A stretch of DNA of 46,938 nt from Welwitschia mirabilis (Eukaryota): positions 41,559,817 through 41,606,754 of the forward strand of contig JBOZIK010000001.1 in the NCBI GenBank assembly GCA_051453625.1, written 5' to 3'. Below, one piece after another: positions 1 to 12,400 of the stretch. Below the pieces are notes generated by a model. It was not told the DNA's origin and searched no databases. It saw only the letters and a list, made by a program, of their open reading frames with translations. The position numbers and the translations under genes were made by a program. Position 1 is the first letter of the stretch. The number at the start of each line of letters is the position of its first letter.

Positions 1-295
1 TAAGCTAAAACAAGATCTTCAAGTATATTCTTCCTTTAGTATCCTTAAATCAAGATCTTCAAACAATATTTTCTTTGTTGCCTACAAGGGGAAATGAAGC
101 CTTTTAAACTTGGAGCTGAAACTATTTCTCAAAGTGTTCAAAATCACAATCCACATCTCTATTTAACAAAAAAAAATTACCAAAAAAGAGTAACTCCAGT
201 GACCCGAAAACCTGAGATCAGACTTCCACTTTCAACTGGGAAAGAAATATCTCTGCCATGGAAGGGTATCATTAGCATCATTTACTGTAATTGTT

Positions 296-745
296 TTAAT
301 GAAACGGGCATTGTGACTACGAGTTTTCAGAAACCAATCCTCCATGAAGCTAAGCAGAATCATAGGAGAGATCCACCACATCATTCTTCCCTTCTTATCT
401 AGCAGGACTGTGGCAACAACTGAAAATGAACTGTGCAATGTGAAGGAGGATGATTTTTGAAAGAACAGGCCATATGTCCCTAGTGACTAAACCTGAAACA
501 AGTACATAGCAGAGGACTGCCGACCTGTAGCGTCTGTGGTGACCTTCCGTTTATAGACATAAAAAATCCTTCTGGATCCAAAGTCTTCATGCCTTAAAAT
601 CTCACTTTGTGAGAGAGCTCCATCTCCCAGGTTTTCACTAGGTTTTCGATCATTTCTTCCACGGGTCCCTTATCCCATACCTTTATTCATTCTCCTTTGA
701 AAAATCTCATTCCCTACATCATAAGAAGGGGCTCAAGGAGAAAGG
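296..745 (-). pseudogene. Pseudogene of the plant 'pathogen-related protein' family (At1g78780-like), with stops, frameshifts and an internal deletion
   Basis: Manual minus-strand translation gives, in order: APSYDVGNEIF, VWDKGPVEEMIENLVKTWEMELSHKVRF*GMKTLDPEGFFMSINGR, FRFSH*GHMACSFKNHPP, YDSA*LHGGL and a terminal CPFH* (TAA at 296-298). These match the family motifs PPNYD, NLVKTWEME, FSVNGR, FRHWG.MEGPFKGHAP, YDPAELLGGL and C-terminal CPF, recalled from memory rather than searched. Confidence 0.85.
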
Positions 746-1299
746 CTCAGGCCTTTAATTGCTGCCTTCCCAACGCTCTCTGCAAAAATAATTTGAGTGG
801 CTCTTACAATGATGATTCGCTAACTGCTTTCTTACCTAGTCTTTTCTCTATCATTAATTCCCTTACCAAATCCTCCTCTTATACTTATTATTTATATCAT
901 TTAACATCTACAAACATAATGATATATTTGTTATTTATTATATTCCTTTTTGAAGTATTCAGCACATCCAGAAAAGATATTCTAAAATTTAAGTATGCTT
1001 TGAGAGATTAATATAATGGGTAAGGATATGAATAATTTAGTTCACCATTTGGGTGCATTTTTCTATTAGCACAAAAGATATTTACTAATAAATAAATCTA
1101 ATGATAAGACTTATTTAATCTACATAACACCACTATAGAAATTATGAATTCATCACATGCCCATTATAACAATTAAAAATAAATCATCAAAGCCATCTAG
1201 AGGGTCATAAAACAAGTGTAAATTAAATATATTTAAAATTTAATAATTAGATTGACTTGAGTTTAAAGCCATCACACAAATAAATGTAAAACATTAATA

Positions 1300-2879
1300 A
1301 TCATAAAAGGAAAGCTATGTCAAAACTTGGGGTATTACAATAGCCCAATACTAAGAAATATCCTTCCCTACAACTAGGATGGATCCCTTCTTTAATCAAC
1401 CTCCGAATTATTATAACAACAATTAATACAATCAAGATGAAAATGAGTAATTTAAGGGGGTTAATAGTTAGGATTGTCGAAGAGTAGAAACAAATCAAAA
1501 GCCATCATATCTCTAATTTCATAATGGGTAAAGTTTGTTTTACATTTATTAAGGGTATCATCCACTTAGATATCATCTGGATGATAGGGTGGACAATAAT
1601 TAATCTTCGTTTCTAATGGATTCTTCTCTTTCATGTGTCTTCTTCGTGAGACAGATGAGTATCATCCATGTAGTGTCATCCTAGGTGTTCTCTAAATGAC
1701 TGGGTGGATGATTGTCAGTTGTGAAATTATAAGTTCTATTTCTTCTGATCTTACTAGTTATTCTAGGTGTTGTATGAATGACTAGGTGGATGACAAGTTA
1801 TCTTAAATATCCTCTGCTTATGTTATAATTGACTTTCCTCTTGGAATATAAAGCTTCTTCCTACTGGAATTAATCTTTCTTCACCTTTTATAAGTACATT
1901 GATTAAGATTGGGTATTCTCTAAAACTTCATCATGGCTTCTGAGTTTTTTGACATATCCCTCTATCTTCCAAAGGAATTGAATTTGATGATATACTCTAT
2001 CAACTTCTAGGGTCATCTTCAAAATATGATTTGATTATTCTAATGGTGTTATCCTCTAGAGTGTTGTTCAGCTAGGGTGAATGCCTACTAGCAGAAACAT
2101 GATTTTTTTATTAATTCACTCTCATATTTATCTCCTGGGTATCATTTGAATAACTAGGTGAATGACACTCTTAATTTTATTTTTAGTCCTTTTGATCATC
2201 ACCATCATTATGAACTATATTCATGATGCTCTGAATAGGTTATAGAGTTTGGAATATGTCTCAAAAATCTTCCATCAATGATTAGAAATGTTGAAAAACT
2301 ACCCTTCTCTATTCATCACGATGGCTACTTTANNNNNNNNNNNNNNNNNNNNNNNNNNNNNNNNNNNNNNNNNNNNNNNNNNNNNNNNNNNNNNNNNNNN
2401 NNNNNNNNNNNNNNNNNNNNNNNNNNNNNNNNNNNNNNNNNNNNNNNNNNNNNNNNNNNNNNNNNNNNNNNNNNNNNNNNNNNNNNNNNNNNNNNNNNNN
2501 NNNNNNNNNNNNNNNNNNNNNNNNNNNNNNNNNNNNNNNNNNNNNNNNNNNNNNNNNNNNNNNNNNNNNNNNNNNNNNNNNNNNNNNNNNNNNNNNNNNN
2601 NNNNNNNNNNNNNNNNNNNNNNNNNNNNNNNNNNNNNNNNNNNNNNNNNNNNNNNNNNNNNNNNNNNNNNNNNNNNNNNNNNNNNNNNNNNNNNNNNNNN
2701 NNNNNNNNNNNNNNNNNNNNNNNNNNNNNNNNNNNNNNNNNNNNNNNNNNNNNNNNNNNNNNNNNNNNNNNNNNNNNNNNNNNNNNNNNNNNNNNNNNNN
2801 NNNNNNNNNNNNNNNNNNNNNNNNNNNNNNNNNNNNNNNNNNNNNNNNNNNNNNNNNNNNNNNAATTTGACTCACAACA
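1300..2879 (-). repeat. 3' LTR of element C (gap-interrupted; left end not resolved)
   Basis: 1300-2332 aligns by eye with 19890-20932 (GCCATCATATCTCTAATTTCATAATGG; ATGGCTACTTTA). After the gap it ends in CTCACAACA (minus strand TGTTGTGAG) next to a polypurine tract. Confidence 0.8.
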
Positions 2880-2897
2880 TAGGCCCCTACTAAATGT
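2880..2897 (-). promoter_or_regulatory. Polypurine tract of element C
   Basis: The minus strand reads CATTTAGTAGGGGCCTA immediately before the TGTTGTG LTR start. Confidence 0.6.
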
Positions 2898-4265
2898 TTT
2901 TTAGTTCATAATGAAAAAACCAAAAAAGAATAGAAGTGAGCTAAATTGTAAAAAAAAAAAAAGGATAAAGTATAACACTTAAAGGATCTTATATTGTTAA
3001 CATAGAGTTTACATTAAAAAGATATTCCAATTAAACATCATGAGAAAAATGTGCATTAAATTTAGAATCATGATTTTAATTCTATAAAAAAAATATATAT
3101 TTAATAAAGAAATTCATTCCAATTAAAGCATACCTTTTAATTACAAAGATTCCACCCCAATGAAGTAGAGAAATTCATCCTTAATTTTAAGTAAGTTTAC
3201 ATGTTATGATCAGAAGAAACAAGTTGAAAGTTCCAAGGGATGTAAAAAGTGAAGGCCAAGAAGGAAAAAAATACACCAATATAAAATAATAAGAGAAAAT
3301 AAAAGAAACTAAAGCAAGCTCAAGCATCAATAAAATAAACATTGAACTACTTAAGCACTTGATCCTAATCTCTTAAGACCTAATACCTTATTTGAAAGAG
3401 AAACAAATGTAAATCTATTTTAAAATATCAAATTTATTTCTCTAGCGACTTGATCCTTGCTAAAGTAAAAAAATAGAGTTCACAACTTTAAAATTATATA
3501 ACTTAATGAATAGAAACAAACACATTACACTAGAACATATTCTACTTAAAGTTGATCACTTACAAATAGTCTCTCACTCTTAGTTAAAGATACATGATTC
3601 TTAATTTGTAAAACATTATGGTTTTAGTTAAATAGCATGAGTGAAAATGATAATGTACTAATTAAACTTAACATATCATAGATATAGTCTCAAGCATTAA
3701 CTTAAAAAATGGCTAAAAATTGATAATACTTGATAATGTAATAATCATAGCACACTTCAAGGTGTACCTCTTTTTACCTTATATTCCTCTCATTATAGAG
3801 TGCTCATTTCTAAACCATTAATCTTGCTTTTATTACAAGAAATACAACTCATCAGATAAGACATATGCTGTTAAGTGATTTTGCCCCTAGTGTGGTAATT
3901 CCTGAGATATAGAGTAATTATCAAAAGTTATTTCATATTGTAAATTGATATTTCATTTTTATTTTGATGATTCTTTTTCTTTTTTTTTAACTTTTTTTTT
4001 CTATTTCTTTTTCCCAAATATGAAAACACACTTATTCATTATCAAAGTACTAATAACTTATAGTCTTACAAAATGAAGTTGATGAAGAAATAAAGCATAC
4101 AACATGAGCAACTTAATTAAGAAAATTTTCCTCTCTTAGAATGAGAGTTCATAGGCATTTAAATGCCTTTAAATTGGCTAAAATCCAATTGATCATCCAT
4201 GATTTGTAAAAGTCTAAAATGCTTAAATATACTATATGATAAAAAACTAAAGTAAAATCAAGTTA
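2880..4265 (-). mobile_element. 3' non-coding internal region of element C
   Basis: Lies directly internal to the PPT and LTR; AT-rich with no ORF; ends abruptly at the LTR of element A. Confidence 0.55.
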
Positions 4266-5340
4266 TAGTTAAGTCGAATCCTATCGATTACAAATATTTG
4301 CACAAACACAACACACTAATAGAGACAGGACTTAACCAAATATCATAATCCATTGAGGACCAAGTTAGGAGTCAAGAGAATTGATTTGCACAAGAAAAAA
4401 TACTTATACTCTGGCTACAAAAAATAACTTGTAATGCATGAAAGTAAAATGCAACACACTCGTGCAAAGCTAATCTAGGAAAAGGAAATAACAATTCACC
4501 TAACCTAAACTAACTATACACAACCTTGACAAATGTTGCCCTCATAACCTATATCACTAAAGAAATTATTACCAGATCAGAAGCAACATAAGCTATGAGG
4601 ATGAGGAACAAACATGCATTAAAATCATAAAATAGGTATTTTGTATAAAATCTTAAACCACATCCGTGTTATAAAGTAGTTATAACTTAATGGAGGAAAC
4701 GCCACCCAACACTAAGGAAAATATCTTTCTACAACTACAAAGATGAATATCTAGCCCTTCCATCTCTTATCATAAGAATTTCAGGTGTAAATGAAAACTA
4801 GTAAGAGTCAAAGATGAGATCACTATTTAATGACACACAAGCATACAATAAGATAGATAGATAGACATAAGTAAAATTGTAACAAACATGTTAAAAGAAA
4901 TAGACAAACAGTTGGCAAAAATTATGTAAATGTTCAATACAGACATTACAACAGTGTCATCCGACTAGTAGTCTGGACAATATTGGAGATGATGCCATCT
5001 TATTAATGATCAACATTAGCTGCTAGATTAATTGTAGTCAGCATCCTTGTTGGTATAAACTGCTTTATCCTCCATCTAATCATCTGAATGATGAGGTGGA
5101 CAATACCTTTTAAAATCTTCTATCATTGCATAATCCTCAATGCTCTATAGGAAGTTATCTCAGAAATGTAAAGTATTTAGAATCGCTCAAAATACTATAA
5201 ATCATCATGGAGATTGCATGTTTTCACTTCTTTCATCTCAGCTCTCCATTATCGCATAAATAAAGCATTTACCTATCTGTTAACTATTAAAACCATTCAA
5301 AATTCCCTATTAAATATGTGTAAGTTGGTATCATGACATA
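4266..5340 (-). repeat. 3' LTR of element A (terminal ~35 bp missing)
   Basis: 4266-4650 aligns with 15684-16068 (TAGTTAAGTYGAATCCTATC...ATGCATTAAAATCATAAAA). It abuts the PPT at 5341. Confidence 0.88.
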
Positions 5341-5358
5341 GTCCTCCACTTAGCCTTA
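5341..5358 (-). promoter_or_regulatory. Polypurine tract of element A
   Basis: Minus strand AAGGCTAAGTGGAGGAC next to the LTR; homologous to AAGGCTAAGTGAGGGGC in element B. Confidence 0.8.
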
Positions 5359-5877
5359 TTTTTCCCTGATAAATCCAAGAAGTAGACCATGTTTGCAGGC
5401 CAACTTATTAGATAATAAAACAACTAGAATACTTAAGAAAATCATCCCAGAAAGATTTTTAGAAATCACAAAGATACATACTAGATTTTAAAAAGTTAGA
5501 AAAACTAAACATTTCACCTGCCAGAAGCTCAGCCAATTGGTCATCCAGGTCATCGTCTGGATAATGGAGGGGGCGATAGGCTAAAAAAAGATTTTTAAAA
5601 TCAGGAACCTATGAGATAGTTTTTATTTTTACAAATAATTAGAAAAATGTAATAAAATAGTTTCTTAGTAAATTAAAGAGTAATGAAATAGAAAGATCGC
5701 CTAAGTAAAATTAACCCTCATCATAACATGTAAAAATAAAAGATAGTCATGAAAAATCAGGTACAAATTAGTACACTATGCTGGAAAAATAATATGTCTA
5801 TAAAATCAAATAGAGTTTTTAGTATAAAAGTGTATAGAAAGGGAGATACAAAATAATAATATAAAATCACTCCCTTG

Positions 5878-7260
5878 TCAATGCATGATAAACTGTGATT
5901 TGATAACTGGATCAGGAGCAGGGGGGAAAAAGGGAGGATGTTCAGGATCTGTGGGGAAATGGAGGTTCAAAAATGTGGAGATTAATCTGACCATCTCATC
6001 ACCCTAGATACATACAGCCTCATGAATATCCACCATCACACTCTACTAGATATAAATGACATGCCGATGCATGTCGATAATCTAATCTTCAGTGTGCTGC
6101 ACTCTTCTCTCAATAGACAGGACCCTGTGCTCTAAAGTCTCGATACTCTGATCAAGTGAATGAATATCTCTGTCAATGAAACCTCTGATGGTCTCGGTGG
6201 TCTTAGCCTGGAGAGCCTAAATCTACTCAAGTGAAGCTTCAACTATAGGTCTCTATACCTAAGGTTTCTCAGCCTCTCTTGGAACCTGTATATCCATGTT
6301 CTATAAATAGCAAGCTGAAGTCTATATGAACTAAAGTCTCTCTATCTCTTATGGAACCTATATACTCATGTCCAGTAATTAGTGAGCTAAAGTCTGTATG
6401 TGCGATAAGTGCTACTAGCCCATAAGCTCTAGTATCCCAAATCATCTAAAAAGGACTAAGAAAAAGCATGGGAGACCAAGTGTCTGAAGTTGTCATGCCT
6501 CAACCATAAATCTAAGTATTCTTCAGATAAAAGTAGGAAGATCTATTTGCTCCCCCTGTCTAATTGTTGCTAATATCTAAAAATGTACTACCATGACATG
6601 ACTATCATGAAATTATGGGCTGATGTTATGGATCAGCCCTCTATGCAAAATCCTATATGAAGCGTTCAACTAAGTAACAACTAATCCTCACCGATCAGTA
6701 GTGAGATCGGCTGGTATATTCAAAATGACGCCATATGCTTGGTTCTCCTTAGTCCTATCAGCTGAGTGTATAGGCATGCTCCGAAGCCTACTAATATCTA
6801 TAATAACTACAATATGGGATGGGAGAATCGCTATCTTGTGGTTCTGTATATAAGCAACAATCATATCCTGCAACTGACTATGAGCATCAGGTCGTCTTTC
6901 GATATGCATGATGTCATAAATTTCCCTCATCTTTGAAAGATAATATGACTCATGTACATCTGTAATCCATCTGAGCTATAAATCGGTAAGTCTCTGATCT
7001 ACCTCTAGCTCAATATGACTTATAAAATTGCTAAAGTGTCACCTAACACAGATACTAGCTATCTATATGGTCACAAAACATTTATGTCGAGGTGGCGGAT
7101 GTGCAGGCTTCACATGCTTAATCTTAGGCTCAACTATAGAACCCACCTCCTATTCTACTGCCTTGGCCTTAGCCTTATCCTATCTAGCTCTACGTGTATG
7201 GTTCCTACTCACAAAAAAAAAGACTTCATGCGAAAACAGAAGGGCATGTCAAAAATGTCA
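5878..7260 (-). pseudogene. Decayed extra ('env-like') 3' ORF of element A, resembling the putative plant transposon protein domain (PF20167/ATHILA ORF-like)
   Basis: A higher-GC block in the same sense as pol, between INT and the PPT. It translates to YYLSKMREIYDIM...IVAYIQNHKIAILPSHIVVIIDI, which resembles YP.LVREFYAN...VRG..I.LTP..I..ILGI, and has a Pro-rich C-terminus. Many stops. Confidence 0.65.
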
Positions 7261-9409
7261 TATGGATGTGTAATAACAACCCCTGAAAATTAATAAAAAC
7301 TATGAAAAAAATGCTAAAAATATGTCCTGAGGGGAAAAAAAGTTGAAATGCATCTTGAATTTCCTAAACGTGAGAAGAAAAATGAGAACTAATTGAAAGG
7401 CTATATTTTAAGTGGGTCCCACATGTAGTAAAAATTTAAAATGCTCAACTAAAAAATCTAATCTAGTAGAAACATAGAACATATCAAACTGAACAATTTT
7501 ACCTAAAGGACCACTATGTTTCAACCTATAGTTTGCGAGAAAATGAGTATCAAAGATGGAAATTCTAAGATACCTTATAAGATGCACAATTACTTATAAC
7601 TCGAAAAATACGCAGTGAAATTCAAATCCATAAGTCTCAAATCGAATAGCGTGAAAAAATAAGCAATATACATAAAAACTACTTATCACAAGGCTAAAAA
7701 ACAAGAGAAAAAATTGAAAAACAGGAGGAGAGAGAAACATGCCCCATTTTTGGAAATCTAGTGAAACCTTTTGGATCTAGATATGAAATTAGGTGGGACA
7801 AGTTTTAGAATGCTGGTACAGGCTAGAGGGATCATTATCTCTCAAAGGAATGGATAAAAGTGATAAAGAAATAAGGAAAAATAGGGAAAAATGGTTTTGT
7901 CCATTGTTATATTACACTATCATCCAATTGCATCATCCAGATGATGCCCTAGGATGAGTCTCAGAAAAAATTAGACTATCGTCCTTCGGTGTTATCTGAA
8001 TGACTAGGTGGATAATAGGGCATTAAGAGTTTTTCAAAAAGAAAAAAAATATCATCTAGTAAACTTACACTCAGATTAATCAATTATGTATCAGTTTGAA
8101 ATAAAGGAAAAACATAGAAAGACAAAAAAAAAAGAAAGAAAACCAGGAAAATCAAGGAAAAAAGGATAAACTTAAAAGAAAATAAAAACTATGGTGGGAG
8201 AAAATAGACTATCTAGGCTAAAACCTATTAAGAAATTCTAAATAAACATACCTAAAAAGAAGAAAAATCAAGATAATCTTAGAACTCTCTAAGCTATAAG
8301 GGAACTCATAAAAACTAGGAAATGAAAAGTTGCTCTTTTTAGATTTTTAAATGGTCACTCAAAAATGATATAACATGAAAGAATAGCAAGGGAACTATTA
8401 AATGATTAAGGTCCTATGAAATAATGAGAAAATACATAAATGAATTGAAAATCCCAAACTCAAAAACTAAAGAAATACAAAATGAAAATGGACATAAGGA
8501 ACTAGAGAAGATTGTTTACCTATTCTAAGTATTAGCCTAGAAAACTCCCAAGGAAAACATCATAAAGCCACCTGAGTAAATATGCATGATAAAATATATA
8601 AACTTCATAAAGTTCACTTGAAAAGGCATTGGTTATAATGATATCCAAATACTCAAGTGGTTAGAATAATAAATGTCAAGATCAAAAGTTACTTAAAAAT
8701 GAACTTACCTACTCTCACCCCACAAATACACCCGAATCTTCAAAAGTGAAATGATCAAGTAAAAATACTAAGAGTCTAGAAAATAAGTAATACTTTCAAT
8801 GATATCAGGAACATCATTGATCCTATAGCCTTAGAGTTTATTACAACTTTTTCCATAATGAGGGGAGTGTAACCACTATCAGAGGAGTAGGGGCTCATGA
8901 AGCATAGACAACTGACCCCCCAGTGAACTTCTCACAGCTACTAATACTGCGAAAGGTTCCTCTTAGAAAACTTTACCCTAGTGTGGTAGAACATCATGGT
9001 GACTATGTATTTTTTTCTTGAAGCATAAAATATAATAAATCATGTCATTATTTCGTTTCTCTTTCTTTTTTTTAATTTCTTTTTTTTTTTATTCGCATAG
9101 GATCACATACTCAAAAAGATAAAAGTGAATAAGTGAGATAAAAGATCAAACAAGAAACTAAGGCATCTTCCATCAAGTGAAGCCCATAGACATGGGAACA
9201 TCTTAAGATTGGGTGAATCCAACCTTACCACTATAAATGCCTATGTATGAATACTAATAATGAAACTTCATAAAGCAATACATACGTCAAGTTTAAAAGA
9301 TGATTAAGTAACATTATAACATCAACCAAATGAGTAGGCTAAGAAAGAACTCATATAATAATAGGGAGTAAGTCCTTCTTATCAAGAGAAACCTAAAAAA
9401 TAAGTGCTT

Positions 9410-12400
9410 CTATCATGTTCATGGTTGCATCTAAATATCCTTTGTATAATTTTAACTATTGTCTATTAACCTTCTAAATCTCTCTAGTCTCTAAGTCTAA
9501 AATCTTAACTGAGCTATTAGGATGCACTTTCTCTATAAGGTAAGGACTTAATCATTTAGAGGTAAACTAATTATTCAAAAGATGAACTCTAGTGTTATAT
9601 AACAAAACAAGTTAACTGGATTCAAACTTTATATGACATATCTTTTTATCATATTTGAACTTTGCTTGGGATTTATGGATTAATTAATGATGTATGGCAC
9701 AAGTTCATTTTTCATCAAGATAGTCTAATTTGGCTAATCTATGTTTAAGATTTTCATAAAGATCTACAAGATTAAGTTGATAATATGCATGATAATAATT
9801 ATAACACACATCAACAGGTAATACACAAACTTTACCATACATANNNNNNNNNNAGAAGTATGCCAAGTTATATGGTAAGCACAAAGTACATCATAAAGTT
9901 TAGAGGCCCAAGACTTTTATTAACATAGATAAGTTTTTGTAACATTTTCTTTATTTCTCTATTGGAATTTTCATCTTATCAATTATTTTGAGGATGATAA
10001 GTATAAGCTACTCTATATTCTATACTAATAAACAAAAGAAGTTTTATAAAAAGATTATTAATAAAATGTTTCCTAATCACTAATGATAACTCTGGAAAAA
10101 CCAAATCTCTAAAAAATATGAGTTCTAAGAAAATGACACAGAGTTCAATCATAATTCAAAGAAGTAGGTATGGATTCAACTCATTTAATCACATAATCCA
10201 CAGCCACTAGAATTTAATGCTTATCAGAAGAATGTGGATGAATAGGGCCCATGAAATTAATACCCTAATAATCAAGAAGATCACACTTAAGAATAGATCA
10301 AAGGAACATTCCTGTAACTAAACAAAATTATCATAACACTGATAAGGATCACACATTCTAGAAAAATTAAAGGAATCTTGAAAATAATTCGGCCAATAAA
10401 AACTAGAATAGAGATTTTCATCACTTTTTAATGCCACTAAAGTGTCCTCCACAAATACCACCATGATAAAAATGAAAGATTTCAGGTATTTTTTAGTCAA
10501 ACACATANNNNNNNNNNNNNNNNNNNNNNNNNNNNNNNNNNNNNNNNNNNNNNNNNNNNNNNNNNNNNNNNNNNNNNNNNNNNNNNNNNNNNNNNNNNNN
10601 NNNNNNNTTTCAGGTATTTTTTAGTCAAACACATATTTTTGCATGATTTGGTCTTTACATTTATAGTACAAATGTGGCTTTATCCACTGATAGTTACCTA
10701 TTCTATGGAGAAAATATTTTCATTGATTGTAGGTCCAATATTATGGTGTTTTTATGGTCGTAAGATAATTAATAATGTCTACATACTAAGGAGGAGAATA
10801 AGAAGAAGATACAGTAAAAAGCTATTCATCAGGAAAAGTATCATCAATGATAGAATCACCTTGAGGATAAGAAAGATAAGATAAATGATCGGTAATAAAA
10901 TTATGCTTTCCTACCTTATTTATGATGGTCAAGTTAAACTCTTGCATAAAGAGAATCCATCCAANNNNNNNNNNNNNNNNNNNNNNNNNNNNCATCTTTT
11001 TCTCTATAGTGGTATATATCATTTTTGCTGTAGAAAAAGATTTGCTATGGTAAGATATAACTTTAAAATCATTTTCATATTTCTAATAAAGGACCCCATC
11101 CACAACGAAATTACTTACATTGCATGTAAGTTCAAAATCTTTTTCCCAATTGGCTCTTGTTACCATAAGAGCATAAGAAATTTTATGTTTAAGCCTATGA
11201 AAAGCAACCTGACAAGATTCGTTCCATTTAAATTTGGCTTCATTCTCTAGTAACGAGTAAAAGAATTTATATATATTAGCATAATCATAAATAAATTAGT
11301 GGTAAAAAACACAATGACCAAAAAAGAATCTAACCTATTTAACATTTGTAGGAGGATTTAGGTTTTGAATAATGCCAGCTTTTGAAACATCCATCCTGAT
11401 CCCCTCGTTCAAGATATGATGACCTAGAACAATTCCACTTTTAATAAGAAATAAAATCTTTTCCCAACTCAAGTGTAGGCCACTAGAAATACAATGCTCA
11501 AGGACTTTCTCTAATCATTCTAAAATTTGTTCAAAATTTTTAGCATAAATAGAGAAGTCATCTATAAAAATCTCAATATAATCCTCTAGCATATTAGATA
11601 AAATTCCCATCATAGCATGCTAAAAAGTATCAGAAGCATTACAAAGTTCGAAAGGCATATGTTTAAAAATAAAAGTATCAAAAGGAGAAGTAAAAGTGAT
11701 TTTGGCTTGGTCCTCACAAGCAATGCAAACTTGGTTGTAACTACTATAACCATCAAGAAAAGAGTAAAATATGTGACCCTAAATCCTATTAAGAATCTGA
11801 TTAAGAAAAGGCAAATGATAATTGTCTTTTTTGGTTACTTCATTTAGGTTTCTAAAAGTCTATGCACACTCTCCATTTCCCATCTTTTTTAAGAACTATC
11901 GTCAAGGGGCTAACTCACTCACTATCATCTATCAAATAAATGATTTCAACATCTATTAATTTTATAATTTCATCTTTAATAATTTGTTTAAGTAATGAAT
12001 TGAGTCTAAATTAGGGTTGCCTCATAGGTTTTGCATTTTCTTTAAGGTAGATTTTATGTTAAACAATCAAAGTGGGTATGGCTATTAGATCATTATAGGA
12101 CTAAGTGAACTTATTTACCTTAGATTTTAGAAGAAATACTAAACTTGATTATCATTAAGGAATAAGTTTATTATTCATGATTAAAGGTTTATTTAGGTCA
12201 CTATTCAGAAAAATGTATTTGAATCCATTGTCTAAATGTTTCAAGTGCATATTTAAGTTTTTATTTTTTGTAAAATTCTCGAGAAAATAGAATGTTGTCT
12301 TAGACTATTATCGCAAATTATCATCTCAGACTATCATCCAAATGTTAGTAATGGATGACCATCCTCAAAATAGAAAATCTTAGGTCTGATAAAATCTTGT

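Noticed and set aside
94-402. 102-aa plus-strand ORF (and 697-1011)
   Set aside because: Antisense to or overlapping the pseudogene, with no recognisable motif.
1550-2170. Regularly spaced palindromic repeats resembling a CRISPR array
   Set aside because: Degenerate, inside eukaryotic LTRs, spacers conserved between LTR copies, and no cas genes.
7015-7293. Plus-strand ORFs of 81-92 aa
   Set aside because: Antisense shadows of the decayed extra ORF.
10479-10636. Exact ~28-bp direct repeat flanking a ~100-N gap
   Set aside because: Typical unmerged contig overlap; too long for a TSD.
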